In this document: positions 12,201-26,262 of the stretch, piece after piece
Position numbering within the stretch: the first letter of the stretch is position 1
Layout of the letters: each line of letters starts with the position of its first letter
DNA from: Flectonema sp. DT1601
Lineage: Eukaryota
Assembly: GCA_964019425.1 (NCBI GenBank)
Contig: OZ025780.1
Span: 496,001-560,000 of the forward strand
Direction of reading: 5' to 3'
Length of the DNA stretch: 64,000 nucleotides
The notes under the pieces: model-generated
What the model saw: the letters and a program-made list of their open reading frames with translations, nothing else
Told to the model about the DNA's origin: nothing
The model's database searches: none
Position numbers and translations under genes: made by a program

Positions 12201-15200
12201 CAGTAGCACACACTTGTATTGATGTTTGACCGTTTCTGTTTGCTGTTGGAACAAATCTCAAATCAGCATTCGTCGAACCCGAAACACCAATCACAACAGG
12301 TTGAGAACTAAACAATGTCGGATCAGCAGGTATGATTCTCCAGGATAACTGCTGACTGGCTTCATTGACTGCTCCTTTTGTTATTTGTGTTATCCACGAA
12401 GAGATAGTACCTTGTAAGTCAGTCGCATCTTCAGGAACAACAGGAGGAGCTCCTAAAGTAGCCGTTGGCATATCATTCACTGGTAAGATCTCAAGTGTGA
12501 ATATTCTACTTGGGGCAGACCTGACATCAGGTGGACCTCCACCAACTCCATCTCCAGTACCTGGACCGTTGTCTGATGCTATCAGCGTGACTGTTGTTAA
12601 TCCAAATGCATTCGACGCAGGTGTGAATTGCAAAGATCTAAAATCACCAGTTCCTGACAGCACTGGTTGTGTTGAAAACAATGTAGGATCAGTTGCTGTA
12701 AGCGCGAATGACACCACTTGTGATAACTCATCAGCACCACCACCTGGTGTGATAGCGTGAACGAATCGAGTTACTGTTTGAAGTCCACTGTCTTCAAGAA
12801 TACCTCTAACGTCTAAAGCTCCTTGATAAGTTGGGAAATCATTAACTGACACTACTGTAATAGTAGCAGCGTGTACTGTTGATGTATCCCTTCCAAGATT
12901 CTGAACACCACCTGTGTCTTGTGCAATCACATTGAAGGTTGATGTTCCCCATAAGTTTGGAGAAACTGAAAAAGTCAACACCCCTCCTGAAGTGATTGCT
13001 GGAGGGACAGAAAATAAATTCGTTGGAGATGACTGAAAACTCGACAGTCTGAATGATAATCCCTGAGATGCTTCATTAGTAGCCCCCAAGTTGATAGCTG
13101 TAGCGAACTGAGAAGAATACGCAGGAGCGTCTTCCAAGACCGTAACAGTTGGAGGAGAATCAAAAGATGGCTGATCGTTAACAGGAATGATAGTTATTAA
13201 TATCGAAACAGTCGTTTGTGAATTTAACGCCTGCCCATCATTTAGAATAACTCTCGCTTCTGTAACCCCAAATGCATTAGGTGCTGGTGTGAATGTCAAC
13301 GCTCCAGTAGTCGTTGATACCTGCGGCAGTGTCGCAAATAAACTAACATCATCGACGCTAACACTAAATGTGAGTCCTGGTGTTTGGGTGCTTTCATCTG
13401 GTGGTCCAGCTGATATTTGTCTTGCCCAGTTTGGGAATAAAGCATCACCTGAGTCCTCAAGAACTTCGACGTTACCCCCGGATATAAAAGTAGGAGCATT
13501 ATTCAAAGGGGTGATTTGCATCTCAAAAGTCTGAGTTGACATTCCAGTGCAACCTGCTTGGTTCACACCATCATCACGCGCAGTTATCGTAACAGTGAAT
13601 GGTGCTGCTGAGTTTGCGTTTACTCGAGGAGTTACGGTTAGAGTTCCAAATCGATCTATTTTCGGTTCTCCATCAGGACCTTCAAACAGACTACTGTCAT
13701 ATCCAGATAAGAAGAATCGAATTGACGCCGCTTGACTCAACTCATCAACAGCTGTGACAGGTCCTGGTCTGATGTCTGTTAAAAAATTTTGAAACTGACG
13801 AGTACACGACCTAGCAGTACACTCAACTAGTGTATTTCCTAATATATTTGCTGGTATGGTAAACTCTGGAGGATCATTACAGCAATTAATTGTGATTGTA
13901 AACATTTCTACAGTACTTCTCAAGGGAGGAACTCCATTATCCTCAGCATAGACAGTCGCTAACACTGTCCCACAGGCATCAGGAGCAGCAACAAAGAATA
14001 AATTTCCCGTCGTCGGATCAATTGTCGGAGTTTGACCATTTCTAAACATCCCGTCGTTGTCAGTGGATATAATAAAAGTAACAGCTTGAGGTGTTGGAGG
14101 TCCTTCACCAGGACCTGCTGATATCGAAGTTGCCCATGAAACAGATGTGAATCCCATTGGAAATTGATCCTCTTGAATGACAATATTCGGGCCTTTTACA
14201 AAGCTTGGAGGGTTATTTACTGATAGAACTCTGATTGTGAATGTTACTTCAGCTTCATCTCCACAATCACATCCTCCAGGCATCATGTTACATCGAAGTG
14301 AAAGACCATCGTCTTTAACGAATACGGTAACGTCAGAGTCACAATTAACTCCATTTGGAGTACTCATGACAGGTTCGAATGACAATCGAACAGCTGTCGT
14401 TGCAGTGAAATCATGTGTTGGCTGAATACGAAAACAAGCCGGATTACTTACAAAAGTTCTTAAAGAAAGTTGCTGTAACAATTCATTATCTGGACCCCTC
14501 GACACTCTACTCAACCAGGAATCATATTCCAACGGACCAGAATTTTCATTCACTTGTAATATATTTGGTGCTACTCCTTTAGAATCTAAGTCAAAGGTTG
14601 GTCTGTTGTTTACTGGTAAAACAGTAATTTTAAACACCGCTGTCGGTCCTTCATTTCCAGGGTTAGGACCAGTATCCCATAATGTCGCACGAACGTTACT
14701 GATGCCGTTAGCATTTGGTGCGAGAGTGAATGACAGTGAACCTGTATCATCGATGACAGGACCACCACCAGCAGCGAATAATCCATCGTTGTCGGTGGTC
14801 ACAACGAAAAATAACGTTTGACCTTCAGGATTGAAAACCATAGGGTTGGGTGATATCAAACCTTCAGAAGGTGTTCCGACTGATAAGTCTCTCGCCCAGT
14901 TTGGAACAACAAACGTTAATGGAACTGGTGGTACTGGTAAGTTACATAAGTTTTCAAATATTAAAACATCCTCTCCAGGAGTAAACGATGGAGCATCATT
15001 GATAGGCCTGATAACAATCTCACATCTGGGACAGTTTGTAATCGGATCACACGTACATAACGGAGCTGGAGCTGGAGGATTAGTCTTTAAAACTCCATCA
15101 TCACAAAGTTGAATATACATTTCAATATTTCTACCAAAAGAGTTAGCATTAGCTCTCGCAGTAAATGACAACGCACCAGTCAATGAATTTATATTTGGTT

Positions 15201-16530
15201 GTACATCAAACAGACCTTGATCAGCTGGATTGATCAGCTGAATATTAAATGTCAAGTCTTGTTGATTTTCTTCTCCTGACCCTGACATACATCCTTTTGA
15301 TAGTCGTTTAGCCCACGCATCTGCTGAATATATCCCTGTGTCTTCATCTAATACTATCGGACATGGTCCAAGGTCGTATGTTGGAGCTGTGTTTCTGTCT
15401 CTAATTTCAATCTGAAAAACGCAATCGACTGGAGCGACGTTCATTCCCCCGTTGACAGTACCTCCATCGTCAAACATTCGAACGGTAACGGCAGCTGTTC
15501 CAACTTCACATTCCTTCGGATCGTATCTGTGTTGAGTTTGTGTTTAGATTCTTAATTTTTTGGTCAAAAGATAAACAAAAGTAATAATTTCACACCTCAA
15601 ATCAGCAGTAAAAGGATCATTAGGATCCCAATGAATACTCGGCTGTACATTAAACAAACTTGGATTGTCATTCGATATTGTGAATGAGACCTGATCAAAG
15701 TTCTCATTATTCATCGTCGCTCCACAACTTGAACAGGTCCGAATGTTAAATATGTAGTCGGGAATCTCAACAGTCGTGTCACCTTTGAATGCGGCGTTTG
15801 CTCCGGAAGTTGCTCCTGAACCGAGGCAGTCAAAAGAAGGAGGATCATTAACACAAATAATTGTGATTGAGAATTGGTGATTAATCGATTTGGTACAATC
15901 CTCTGGTTGACAACCTGCTGGACATAAGAATGGAGTAGCGACTGTCATACATCCCATTGGATCACACTGTAATCCAGTACAGCAACCGTTACACTGACAT
16001 GATGATGCACCAGTATCTTCAACACACTGGTCTTCACCATCATCAGTTAATACGATGTCACAAAGAGTTGTTCCGCATTGATTTGGAGCTGTTACGAATT
16101 CTAATATACCTCCACAAGCTGCAGGGTTTGGAATCGGCATCATAGGACCACAATTACCACAGTTACCATTACCACACGGTGATAAGGTTGGTTGTTGTGC
16201 AAATAGACCAGGAAAATCACAAGTAATCGCAAAAGATAAACCTTGAACATTAGCGTGATTAGGTCCACATCTACTTGCGTAAGGCTGAGTCATTAATAGA
16301 GCGGTATCGACTACTGGTGGTCCTTCTCCATCACAAATCTCTGTAGCCCATACCTCGCCATGAACATAAATTCCAACGTCCTCAACAACTGTTATATCAG
16401 GACCTCTTGAAAATGACGGATTATGATTTCCCGGAACTCCATTTCTCCCAACGTGATTTAAAAAATCATACCACGCTCTTCGTTTTGATCCCAAACAACA
16501 CAGGGCTGTCAGTACCAGCAACCCTGACAT
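9256..16530 (-). CDS. Large type-I membrane protein (~2307 aa) with many bacterial-type cadherin-like/Ig-like (VND.P.F) repeats
   Basis: Six exons 16530-15596, 15526-11893, 11819-10830, 10744-10234, 10174-9975, 9909-9256 joined by GT-AG introns (6924 nt, in frame). Signal peptide MSGLLVLTALCCLG; repeats VND.P.F...V.ED...WA..I..GP..E..Q...G.L.F...NA.G...D.GG; TM IALIVGICAAVILLLAAVAYYVL then QKRKK. Confidence 0.88.
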
Positions 16531-17786
16531 GTGTGCTGGCTGACTGAATTGTAAATAAAAAGTGAAAAGTAATAAGAAACACAACACAACACACACAAGT
16601 CCAACTCCGTAAACCGTCGCACACACAAACATCGTTATCCTGTAGCGGGGAAAGGAATGAGTGATGATCTAATGTCAGCATCACAATAGTCACGACAAGA
16701 AAACGATCGATTCATGCGGTGGGAAGCAGAAGAATGCCAACACACCCGCAGGATGGAAGAAAACAAGGAAAAAGAAAATAGAAACGGAGAGGAAAGGGGA
16801 GGGGAAAGGAAGTGAAATACCACTAATTCCCTCACAAGAAGAACTCAGTCACAGACACCAGTAGATCAGCGGATCAAGACCATCTACGAATAAGACTCAA
16901 GTGATGGGAAGTGGTGTTATAATATGGATCGCATGTAATATTTACATGTCATATTTCAAAAACCTTTTCAAAACAATTCCATAACAAGAGATCACATCAA
17001 TGCCGGGATAAGATAAAGATTGCAAAAGCGGCAAGGCTGTGCACCTGAAACGAAATTGAGTGAAGAAACCATTCTATTTTTAGTTTGATAAATTAGTTTG
17101 TTTTTGGCAGCAGAGCTATCTCGAAACGAAAAACCACTTTTCTCAAAACAGCGTTTTCGTCGAGTCAATGATAAAACAGGCGCGGTGAGCAGAATGTGAA
17201 ATCTTTTTCACGTTCCTTGCGTCCCCGCGAAGGAAAAAAAAAAAAAAAAAGAAACGTTTCCAAAAAAGCAATCCGAAGACGCAGAGAAGTCAGTAATGCG
17301 TTAAATAAAAACACGACACCACCTGGAAAGCGGTGGAATGATTCATTCACTGGTGAAAGGAAACAAAAGACCGCACCTCACCCACTGCTGCATGTGCCTC
17401 ACGAAAAAACACTGATGACCGATTAACAACAACAACAACTTTCGGTCAACTCTCTCGTGACTCGGCACAGCTCTATAATTGTACTCCGCCCGTACAACTT
17501 GATGCACCTCCGATGACCTTCCTAAGAAGGCTGCGGGGATGCTTGCTGTGAGCAAGGTCGGCCAAATGTCAAAGGAAAAAATAAGATTTTGCGGATAACG
17601 AGTTGTTTGTGTTGGGAAGGGGGGGGGCATATAATGAGGTGGGAAAAAACAACCAGTTTTAAAAAATAGAATAGAGAGAAGTGCAAGAAAAATAAGTAAA
17701 TTCAAAAAAAAAAGAAGCAGAAAACAAGGCAGACATTTATAAGGACATATCATGTGGTCCATTCAAATGCGCTGTTCCTTTTGCTC

Positions 17787-19708
17787 CTACAAACAAGTGG
17801 AGCATCCCAAAACTCCATTGAATGCTGGTCCACGACTCTTCTGACACCACAGCGCAGGAAGGGCTGCCTGGTATCCGAACACGGCGACGTGGCTGCTGTC
17901 AGTCTGAGCAACTGGAAGCTCAACCGTCTCACCTCTCGCGACATCCAAGCGGAATGCGGTCATTGGGAACCCCGCTCCGTTCACTTCGATCTTCGGAGCA
18001 CAGGATCCCGCAGTCCATCCAGCGGCCGGAAGGCTCGCTGGGAATCCCAAGTTCTGAGTCTTCGAGCAAGGTGGGCAGTGGTACACCACAACCAAGAACG
18101 TGCACGACGCGCTGTCTCCGCACTCCACTTCGAACTTCGCTCCCGCCGCCACTGGAAGGGCAGGAAAGAACGCGTCCATCTGAGAGTACACGTCAGGAAC
18201 CTGCACCAGGTTGAGACCCTGTCCAGACACAGCGGTCGCTCCACTGACTGGGGTCAGGGCGAGCTCAACTCCATTCTGTCTCACTCCGTAGAAAGGAACA
18301 CGGCAGCACGATTCCAACTTGCACGGGAAAGTCGCGCACGCGGTGCTCACCGGAAGTGGAAAAGGGGAAGCAGCTGGGCACATCGAACCTGCTGGCAGAG
18401 TCTCACAAGTGGCGAGGAAGGTTTCAGTTTCCCTCTTTCTCGACGATTGCATTTCGAAGAAGGTGATTCCGTATCCAGCACTCTTGTAAAAGGCGTGTGG
18501 TCTGAAGTTTGGTCCGATTTCGTAGAACTGTCCTTGGGCTACCCCGTGGTCTGAGTACTCTTGGCTGACAATTCCTGTTTGTTTTTTTTAATAATAACAA
18601 CAACAACAACAACCGTTACTCTTGACCATATGCGCCACATAAAAAACACGAAAATATCAAAAAAAAAAGAAAACATGACAAGAAGGAAGAAGGCAATTAT
18701 ATAAAATCACAAACCGTTGTATCCCAAAGCACTATTTTCAATCCAACTGACGACGTATCCTCCCCAACCCTGGGCACCGATCCCCGTGAGAGTGTGAAGA
18801 AGCTGCTGGTCATCAGCGGCCGTGTTCGAAGTGTGGCGAAGCTGCACGATCCCCGTCGTCGCTGAACCACTTCCATCGTACCTTCTCATGAAAAGTTTGC
18901 CGTTGTAGTTCCAGACAACTGCGAACCCTCCGCTTCCGGACAACGTGGCCACGCTTGGAAGCTCAGGTTGGGTACCGGCGAAGATTTCAGCTTGAGTTGC
19001 CGTCTGGCTCACTTGAAATGTTGTTCTGCTCAATCCTCCGGATGGCTGAATCGTTACCTCGACACTTCCACGGGCTTCGTACGCAATCGCCCATCCGCCT
19101 CCCACCAAAGCAACCACCCGCGGTCTGTTTCCGAAGTCCGAAATCTCCTCCGCGTGAACCGACCTGCTTCCATCAGCTGCGTACACCGAAAGGTACAACT
19201 TGTAACGAATGGCGCTGTGCCACGTCACCGCGAACCCTCCTCCCTCCAACATCGACACGTCCGGGTGCCACTGACCCTGTCCGCTTGGGTCCACGAACTC
19301 CAATTCGTCGCTCAGCTTCACACCCGCGGAGTTGAAGATCGCCGTGTGCAGCGTTCTCCCCGTCTCCTCGACGTACACAATGACAAACCCTCCCTGCCTT
19401 CCGGAGATCACCGGCCAAGCGTACGGAGCCTCGTCGTTGTGATTCAAAGCCCAGAACTTGAACAGGTCCGGCAGCTGTACTTCCACATCAGGTCCGGTCA
19501 CGTGACCGTCGCAGTCGTAGGTCCTAATATGGTGCTTGCTCTTCGTCGCCAAGTCAGTTCGGTGTTCAACGTGACCACATGTAGGAAGCGGTGACGCCCC
19601 GATGACGAGGTAGTCCCCAGCAGGTGTCAGCGGCTGGCGGGTGTACGGCGAAGGAGTCGCTGATGCCGTCAGTGCCGCAACACCGACCGTGAAAGCTGCG
19701 CGAAGCAT
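17787..19708 (-). CDS. Secreted 593-aa protein: P.V..L.GGGF.V.W repeats (probable beta-propeller) plus Cys-rich C-terminal domain, copy 1
   Basis: Exon 19708-18715, GT-AG intron 18714-18575, exon 18574-17787; splicing joins the 333-aa and 221-aa ORFs in frame (YNG-IVSQEYSDHG). Signal peptide MLRAAFTVGVAALTASA. Confidence 0.85.
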
Positions 19709-21063
19709 TATTTTTTTTTTTTTTTTAGTGAAAAAGAGATAACTGCGAGAGAAGCAATAAAGTAATTATAATCCAGTCCGCAACAAAAACACCAACAAAG
19801 AATACGGAAAGACTACTAACAACATGTTACCCACCCGACAACACGACACAACAAAACACAACACAACACACACAAGTCCAACTCCGTAAACCGTCGCACA
19901 CACAAACATCGTTATCCTGTAGCGGGGAAAGGAATGAGTGATGATCTAATGTCAGCATCACAATAGTCACGACAAGAAAACGATCGATTCATGCGGTGGG
20001 AAGCAGAAGAATGCCAACACACCCGCAGGATGGAAGAAAACAAGGAAAAAGAAAATAGAAACGGAGAGGAAAGGGGAGGGGAAAGGAAGTGAAATACCAC
20101 TAATTCCCTCACAAGAAGAACTCAGTCACAGACACCAGTAGATCAGCGGATCAAGACCATCTACGAATAAGACTCAAGTGATGGGAAGTGGTGTTATAAT
20201 ATGGATCGCATGTAATATTTACATGTCATATTTCAAAAACCTTTTCAAAACAATTCCATAACAAGAGATCACATCAATGCCGGGATAAGATAAAGATTGC
20301 AAAAGCGGCAAGGCTGTGCACCTGAAACGAAATTGAGTGAAGAAACCATTCTATTTTTAGTTTGATAAATTAGTTTGTTTTTGGCAGCAGAGCTATCTCG
20401 AAACGAAAAACCACTTTTCTCAAAACAGCGTTTTCGTCGAGTCAATGATAAAACAGGCGCGGTGAGCAGAATGTGAAATCTTTTTCACGTTCCTTGCGTC
20501 CCCGCGAAGGAAAAAAAAAAAAAAAAAGAAACGTTTCCAAAAAAGCAATCCGAAGACGCAGAGAAGTCAGTAATGCGTTAAATAAAAACACGACACCACC
20601 TGGAAAGCGGTGGAATGATTCATTCACTGGTGAAAGGAAACAAAAGACCGCACCTCACCCACTGCTGCATGTGCCTCACGAAAAAACACTGATGACCGAT
20701 TAACAACAACAACAACTTTCGGTCAACTCTCTCGTGACTCGGCACAGCTCTATAATTGTACTCCGCCCGTACAACTTGATGCACCTCCGATGACCTTCCT
20801 AAGAAGGCTGCGGGGATGCTTGCTGTGAGCAAGGTCGGCCAAATGTCAAAGGAAAAAATAAGATTTTGCGGATAACGAGTTGTTTGTGTTGGGAAGGGGG
20901 GGGGCATATAATGAGGTGGGAAAAAACAACCAGTTTTAAAAAATAGAATAGAGAGAAGTGCAAGAAAAATAAGTAAATTCAAAAAAAAAAGAAGCAGAAA
21001 ACAAGGCAGACATTTATAAGGACATATCATGTGGTCCATTCAAATGCGCTGTTCCTTTTGCTC

Positions 21064-22985
21064 CTACAAACAAGTGGAGCATCCCAAAACTCCATTGAAT
21101 GCTGGTCCACGACTCTTCTGACACCACAGCGCAGGAAGGGCTGCCTGGTATCCGAACACGGCGACGTGGCTGCTGTCAGTCTGAGCAACTGGAAGCTCAA
21201 CCGTCTCACCTCTCGCGACATCCAAGCGGAATGCGGTCATTGGGAACCCCGCTCCGTTCACTTCGATCTTCGGAGCACAGGATCCCGCAGTCCATCCAGC
21301 GGCCGGAAGGCTCGCTGGGAATCCCAAGTTCTGAGTCTTCGAGCAAGGTGGGCAGTGGTACACCACAACCAAGAACGTGCACGACGCGCTGTCTCCGCAC
21401 TCCACTTCGAACTTCGCTCCCGCCGCCACTGGAAGGGCAGGAAAGAACGCGTCCATCTGAGAGTACACGTCAGGAACCTGCACCAGGTTGAGACCCTGTC
21501 CAGACACAGCGGTCGCTCCACTGACTGGGGTCAGGGCGAGCTCAACTCCATTCTGTCTCACTCCGTAGAAAGGAACACGGCAGCACGATTCCAACTTGCA
21601 CGGGAAAGTCGCGCACGCGGTGCTCACCGGAAGTGGAAAAGGGGAAGCAGCTGGGCACATCGAACCTGCTGGCAGAGTCTCACAAGTGGCGAGGAAGGTT
21701 TCAGTTTCCCTCTTTCTCGACGATTGCATTTCGAAGAAGGTGATTCCGTATCCAGCACTCTTGTAAAAGGCGTGTGGTCTGAAGTTTGGTCCGATTTCGT
21801 AGAACTGTCCTTGGGCTACCCCGTGGTCTGAGTACTCTTGGCTGACAATTCCTGTTTGTTTTTTTTAATAATAACAACAACAACAACAACCGTTACTCTT
21901 GACCATATGCGCCACATAAAAAACACGAAAATATCAAAAAAAAAAGAAAACATGACAAGAAGGAAGAAGGCAATTATATAAAATCACAAACCGTTGTATC
22001 CCAAAGCACTATTTTCAATCCAACTGACGACGTATCCTCCCCAACCCTGGGCACCGATCCCCGTGAGAGTGTGAAGAAGCTGCTGGTCATCAGCGGCCGT
22101 GTTCGAAGTGTGGCGAAGCTGCACGATCCCCGTCGTCGCTGAACCACTTCCATCGTACCTTCTCATGAAAAGTTTGCCGTTGTAGTTCCAGACAACTGCG
22201 AACCCTCCGCTTCCGGACAACGTGGCCACGCTTGGAAGCTCAGGTTGGGTACCGGCGAAGATTTCAGCTTGAGTTGCCGTCTGGCTCACTTGAAATGTTG
22301 TTCTGCTCAATCCTCCGGATGGCTGAATCGTTACCTCGACACTTCCACGGGCTTCGTACGCAATCGCCCATCCGCCTCCCACCAAAGCAACCACCCGCGG
22401 TCTGTTTCCGAAGTCCGAAATCTCCTCCGCGTGAACCGACCTGCTTCCATCAGCTGCGTACACCGAAAGGTACAACTTGTAACGAATGGCGCTGTGCCAC
22501 GTCACCGCGAACCCTCCTCCCTCCAACATCGACACGTCCGGGTGCCACTGACCCTGTCCGCTTGGGTCCACGAACTCCAATTCGTCGCTCAGCTTCACAC
22601 CCGCGGAGTTGAAGATCGCCGTGTGCAGCGTTCTCCCCGTCTCCTCGACGTACACAATGACAAACCCTCCCTGCCTTCCGGAGATCACCGGCCAAGCGTA
22701 CGGAGCCTCGTCGTTGTGATTCAAAGCCCAGAACTTGAACAGGTCCGGCAGCTGTACTTCCACATCAGGTCCGGTCACGTGACCGTCGCAGTCGTAGGTC
22801 CTAATATGGTGCTTGCTCTTCGTCGCCAAGTCAGTTCGGTGTTCAACGTGACCACATGTAGGAAGCGGTGACGCCCCGATGACGAGGTAGTCCCCAGCAG
22901 GTGTCAGCGGCTGGCGGGTGTACGGCGAAGGAGTCGCTGATGCCGTCAGTGCCGCAACACCGACCGTGAAAGCTGCGCGAAGCAT
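21064..22985 (-). CDS. Secreted 593-aa repeat protein, copy 2
   Basis: Same as copy 1 shifted by 3277 bp (intron 21991-21852). Confidence 0.85.
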
Positions 22986-24340
22986 TATTTTTTTTTTTTT
23001 TTTAGTGAAAAAGAGATAACTGCGAGAGAAGCAATAAAGTAATTATAATCCAGTCCGCAACAAAAACACCAACAAAGAATACGGAAAGACTACTAACAAC
23101 ATGTTACCCACCCGACAACACGACACAACAAAACACAACACAACACACACAAGTCCAACTCCGTAAACCGTCGCACACACAAACATCGTTATCCTGTAGC
23201 GGGGAAAGGAATGAGTGATGATCTAATGTCAGCATCACAATAGTCACGACAAGAAAACGATCGATTCATGCGGTGGGAAGCAGAAGAATGCCAACACACC
23301 CGCAGGATGGAAGAAAACAAGGAAAAAGAAAATAGAAACGGAGAGGAAAGGGGAGGGGAAAGGAAGTGAAATACCACTAATTCCCTCACAAGAAGAACTC
23401 AGTCACAGACACCAGTAGATCAGCGGATCAAGACCATCTACGAATAAGACTCAAGTGATGGGAAGTGGTGTTATAATATGGATCGCATGTAATATTTACA
23501 TGTCATATTTCAAAAACCTTTTCAAAACAATTCCATAACAAGAGATCACATCAATGCCGGGATAAGATAAAGATTGCAAAAGCGGCAAGGCTGTGCACCT
23601 GAAACGAAATTGAGTGAAGAAACCATTCTATTTTTAGTTTGATAAATTAGTTTGTTTTTGGCAGCAGAGCTATCTCGAAACGAAAAACCACTTTTCTCAA
23701 AACAGCGTTTTCGTCGAGTCAATGATAAAACAGGCGCGGTGAGCAGAATGTGAAATCTTTTTCACGTTCCTTGCGTCCCCGCGAAGGAAAAAAAAAAAAA
23801 AAAAGAAACGTTTCCAAAAAAGCAATCCGAAGACGCAGAGAAGTCAGTAATGCGTTAAATAAAAACACGACACCACCTGGAAAGCGGTGGAATGATTCAT
23901 TCACTGGTGAAAGGAAACAAAAGACCGCACCTCACCCACTGCTGCATGTGCCTCACGAAAAAACACTGATGACCGATTAACAACAACAACAACTTTCGGT
24001 CAACTCTCTCGTGACTCGGCACAGCTCTATAATTGTACTCCGCCCGTACAACTTGATGCACCTCCGATGACCTTCCTAAGAAGGCTGCGGGGATGCTTGC
24101 TGTGAGCAAGGTCGGCCAAATGTCAAAGGAAAAAATAAGATTTTGCGGATAACGAGTTGTTTGTGTTGGGAAGGGGGGGGGCATATAATGAGGTGGGAAA
24201 AAACAACCAGTTTTAAAAAATAGAATAGAGAGAAGTGCAAGAAAAATAAGTAAATTCAAAAAAAAAAGAAGCAGAAAACAAGGCAGACATTTATAAGGAC
24301 ATATCATGTGGTCCATTCAAATGCGCTGTTCCTTTTGCTC

Positions 24341-26262
24341 CTACAAACAAGTGGAGCATCCCAAAACTCCATTGAATGCTGGTCCACGACTCTTCTGACA
24401 CCACAGCGCAGGAAGGGCTGCCTGGTATCCGAACACGGCGACGTGGCTGCTGTCAGTCTGAGCAACTGGAAGCTCAACCGTCTCACCTCTCGCGACATCC
24501 AAGCGGAATGCGGTCATTGGGAACCCCGCTCCGTTCACTTCGATCTTCGGAGCACAGGATCCCGCAGTCCATCCAGCGGCCGGAAGGCTCGCTGGGAATC
24601 CCAAGTTCTGAGTCTTCGAGCAAGGTGGGCAGTGGTACACCACAACCAAGAACGTGCACGACGCGCTGTCTCCGCACTCCACTTCGAACTTCGCTCCCGC
24701 CGCCACTGGAAGGGCAGGAAAGAACGCGTCCATCTGAGAGTACACGTCAGGAACCTGCACCAGGTTGAGACCCTGTCCAGACACAGCGGTCGCTCCACTG
24801 ACTGGGGTCAGGGCGAGCTCAACTCCATTCTGTCTCACTCCGTAGAAAGGAACACGGCAGCACGATTCCAACTTGCACGGGAAAGTCGCGCACGCGGTGC
24901 TCACCGGAAGTGGAAAAGGGGAAGCAGCTGGGCACATCGAACCTGCTGGCAGAGTCTCACAAGTGGCGAGGAAGGTTTCAGTTTCCCTCTTTCTCGACGA
25001 TTGCATTTCGAAGAAGGTGATTCCGTATCCAGCACTCTTGTAAAAGGCGTGTGGTCTGAAGTTTGGTCCGATTTCGTAGAACTGTCCTTGGGCTACCCCG
25101 TGGTCTGAGTACTCTTGGCTGACAATTCCTGTTTGTTTTTTTTAATAATAACAACAACAACAACAACCGTTACTCTTGACCATATGCGCCACATAAAAAA
25201 CACGAAAATATCAAAAAAAAAAGAAAACATGACAAGAAGGAAGAAGGCAATTATATAAAATCACAAACCGTTGTATCCCAAAGCACTATTTTCAATCCAA
25301 CTGACGACGTATCCTCCCCAACCCTGGGCACCGATCCCCGTGAGAGTGTGAAGAAGCTGCTGGTCATCAGCGGCCGTGTTCGAAGTGTGGCGAAGCTGCA
25401 CGATCCCCGTCGTCGCTGAACCACTTCCATCGTACCTTCTCATGAAAAGTTTGCCGTTGTAGTTCCAGACAACTGCGAACCCTCCGCTTCCGGACAACGT
25501 GGCCACGCTTGGAAGCTCAGGTTGGGTACCGGCGAAGATTTCAGCTTGAGTTGCCGTCTGGCTCACTTGAAATGTTGTTCTGCTCAATCCTCCGGATGGC
25601 TGAATCGTTACCTCGACACTTCCACGGGCTTCGTACGCAATCGCCCATCCGCCTCCCACCAAAGCAACCACCCGCGGTCTGTTTCCGAAGTCCGAAATCT
25701 CCTCCGCGCGAACCGACCTGCTTCCATCAGCTGCGTACACCGAAAGGTACAACTTGTAACGAATGGCGCTGTGCCACGTCACCGCGAACCCTCCTCCCTC
25801 CAACATCGACACGTCCGGGTGCCACTGACCCTGTCCGCTTGGGTCCACGAACTCCAATTCGTCGCTCAGCTTCACACCCGCGGAGTTGAAGATCGCCGTG
25901 TGCAGTGTTCTCCCCGTCTCCTCGACGTACACAATGACAAACCCTCCCTGCCTTCCGGAGATCACCGGCCAAGCGTACGGAGCCTCGTCGTTGTGATTCA
26001 AAGCCCAGAACTTGAACAGGTCCGGCAGCTGTACTTCCACATCAGGTCCGGTCACGTGACCGTCGCAGTCGTAGGTCCTAATATGGTGCTTGCTCTTCGT
26101 CGCCAAGTCAGTTCGGTGTTCAACGTGACCACATGTAGGAAGCGGTGACGCCCCGATGACGAGGTAGTCCCCAGCAGGTGTCAGCGGCTGGCGGGTGTAC
26201 GGCGAAGGAGTCGCTGATGCCGTCAGTGCCGCAACACCGACCGTGAAAGCTGCGCGAAGCAT
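24341..26262 (-). CDS. Secreted 593-aa repeat protein, copy 3 (one H>R change)
   Basis: Same as copy 1 shifted by 6554 bp; RSVHAEE becomes RSVRAEE (25709), synonymous change at 25906. Confidence 0.85.
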
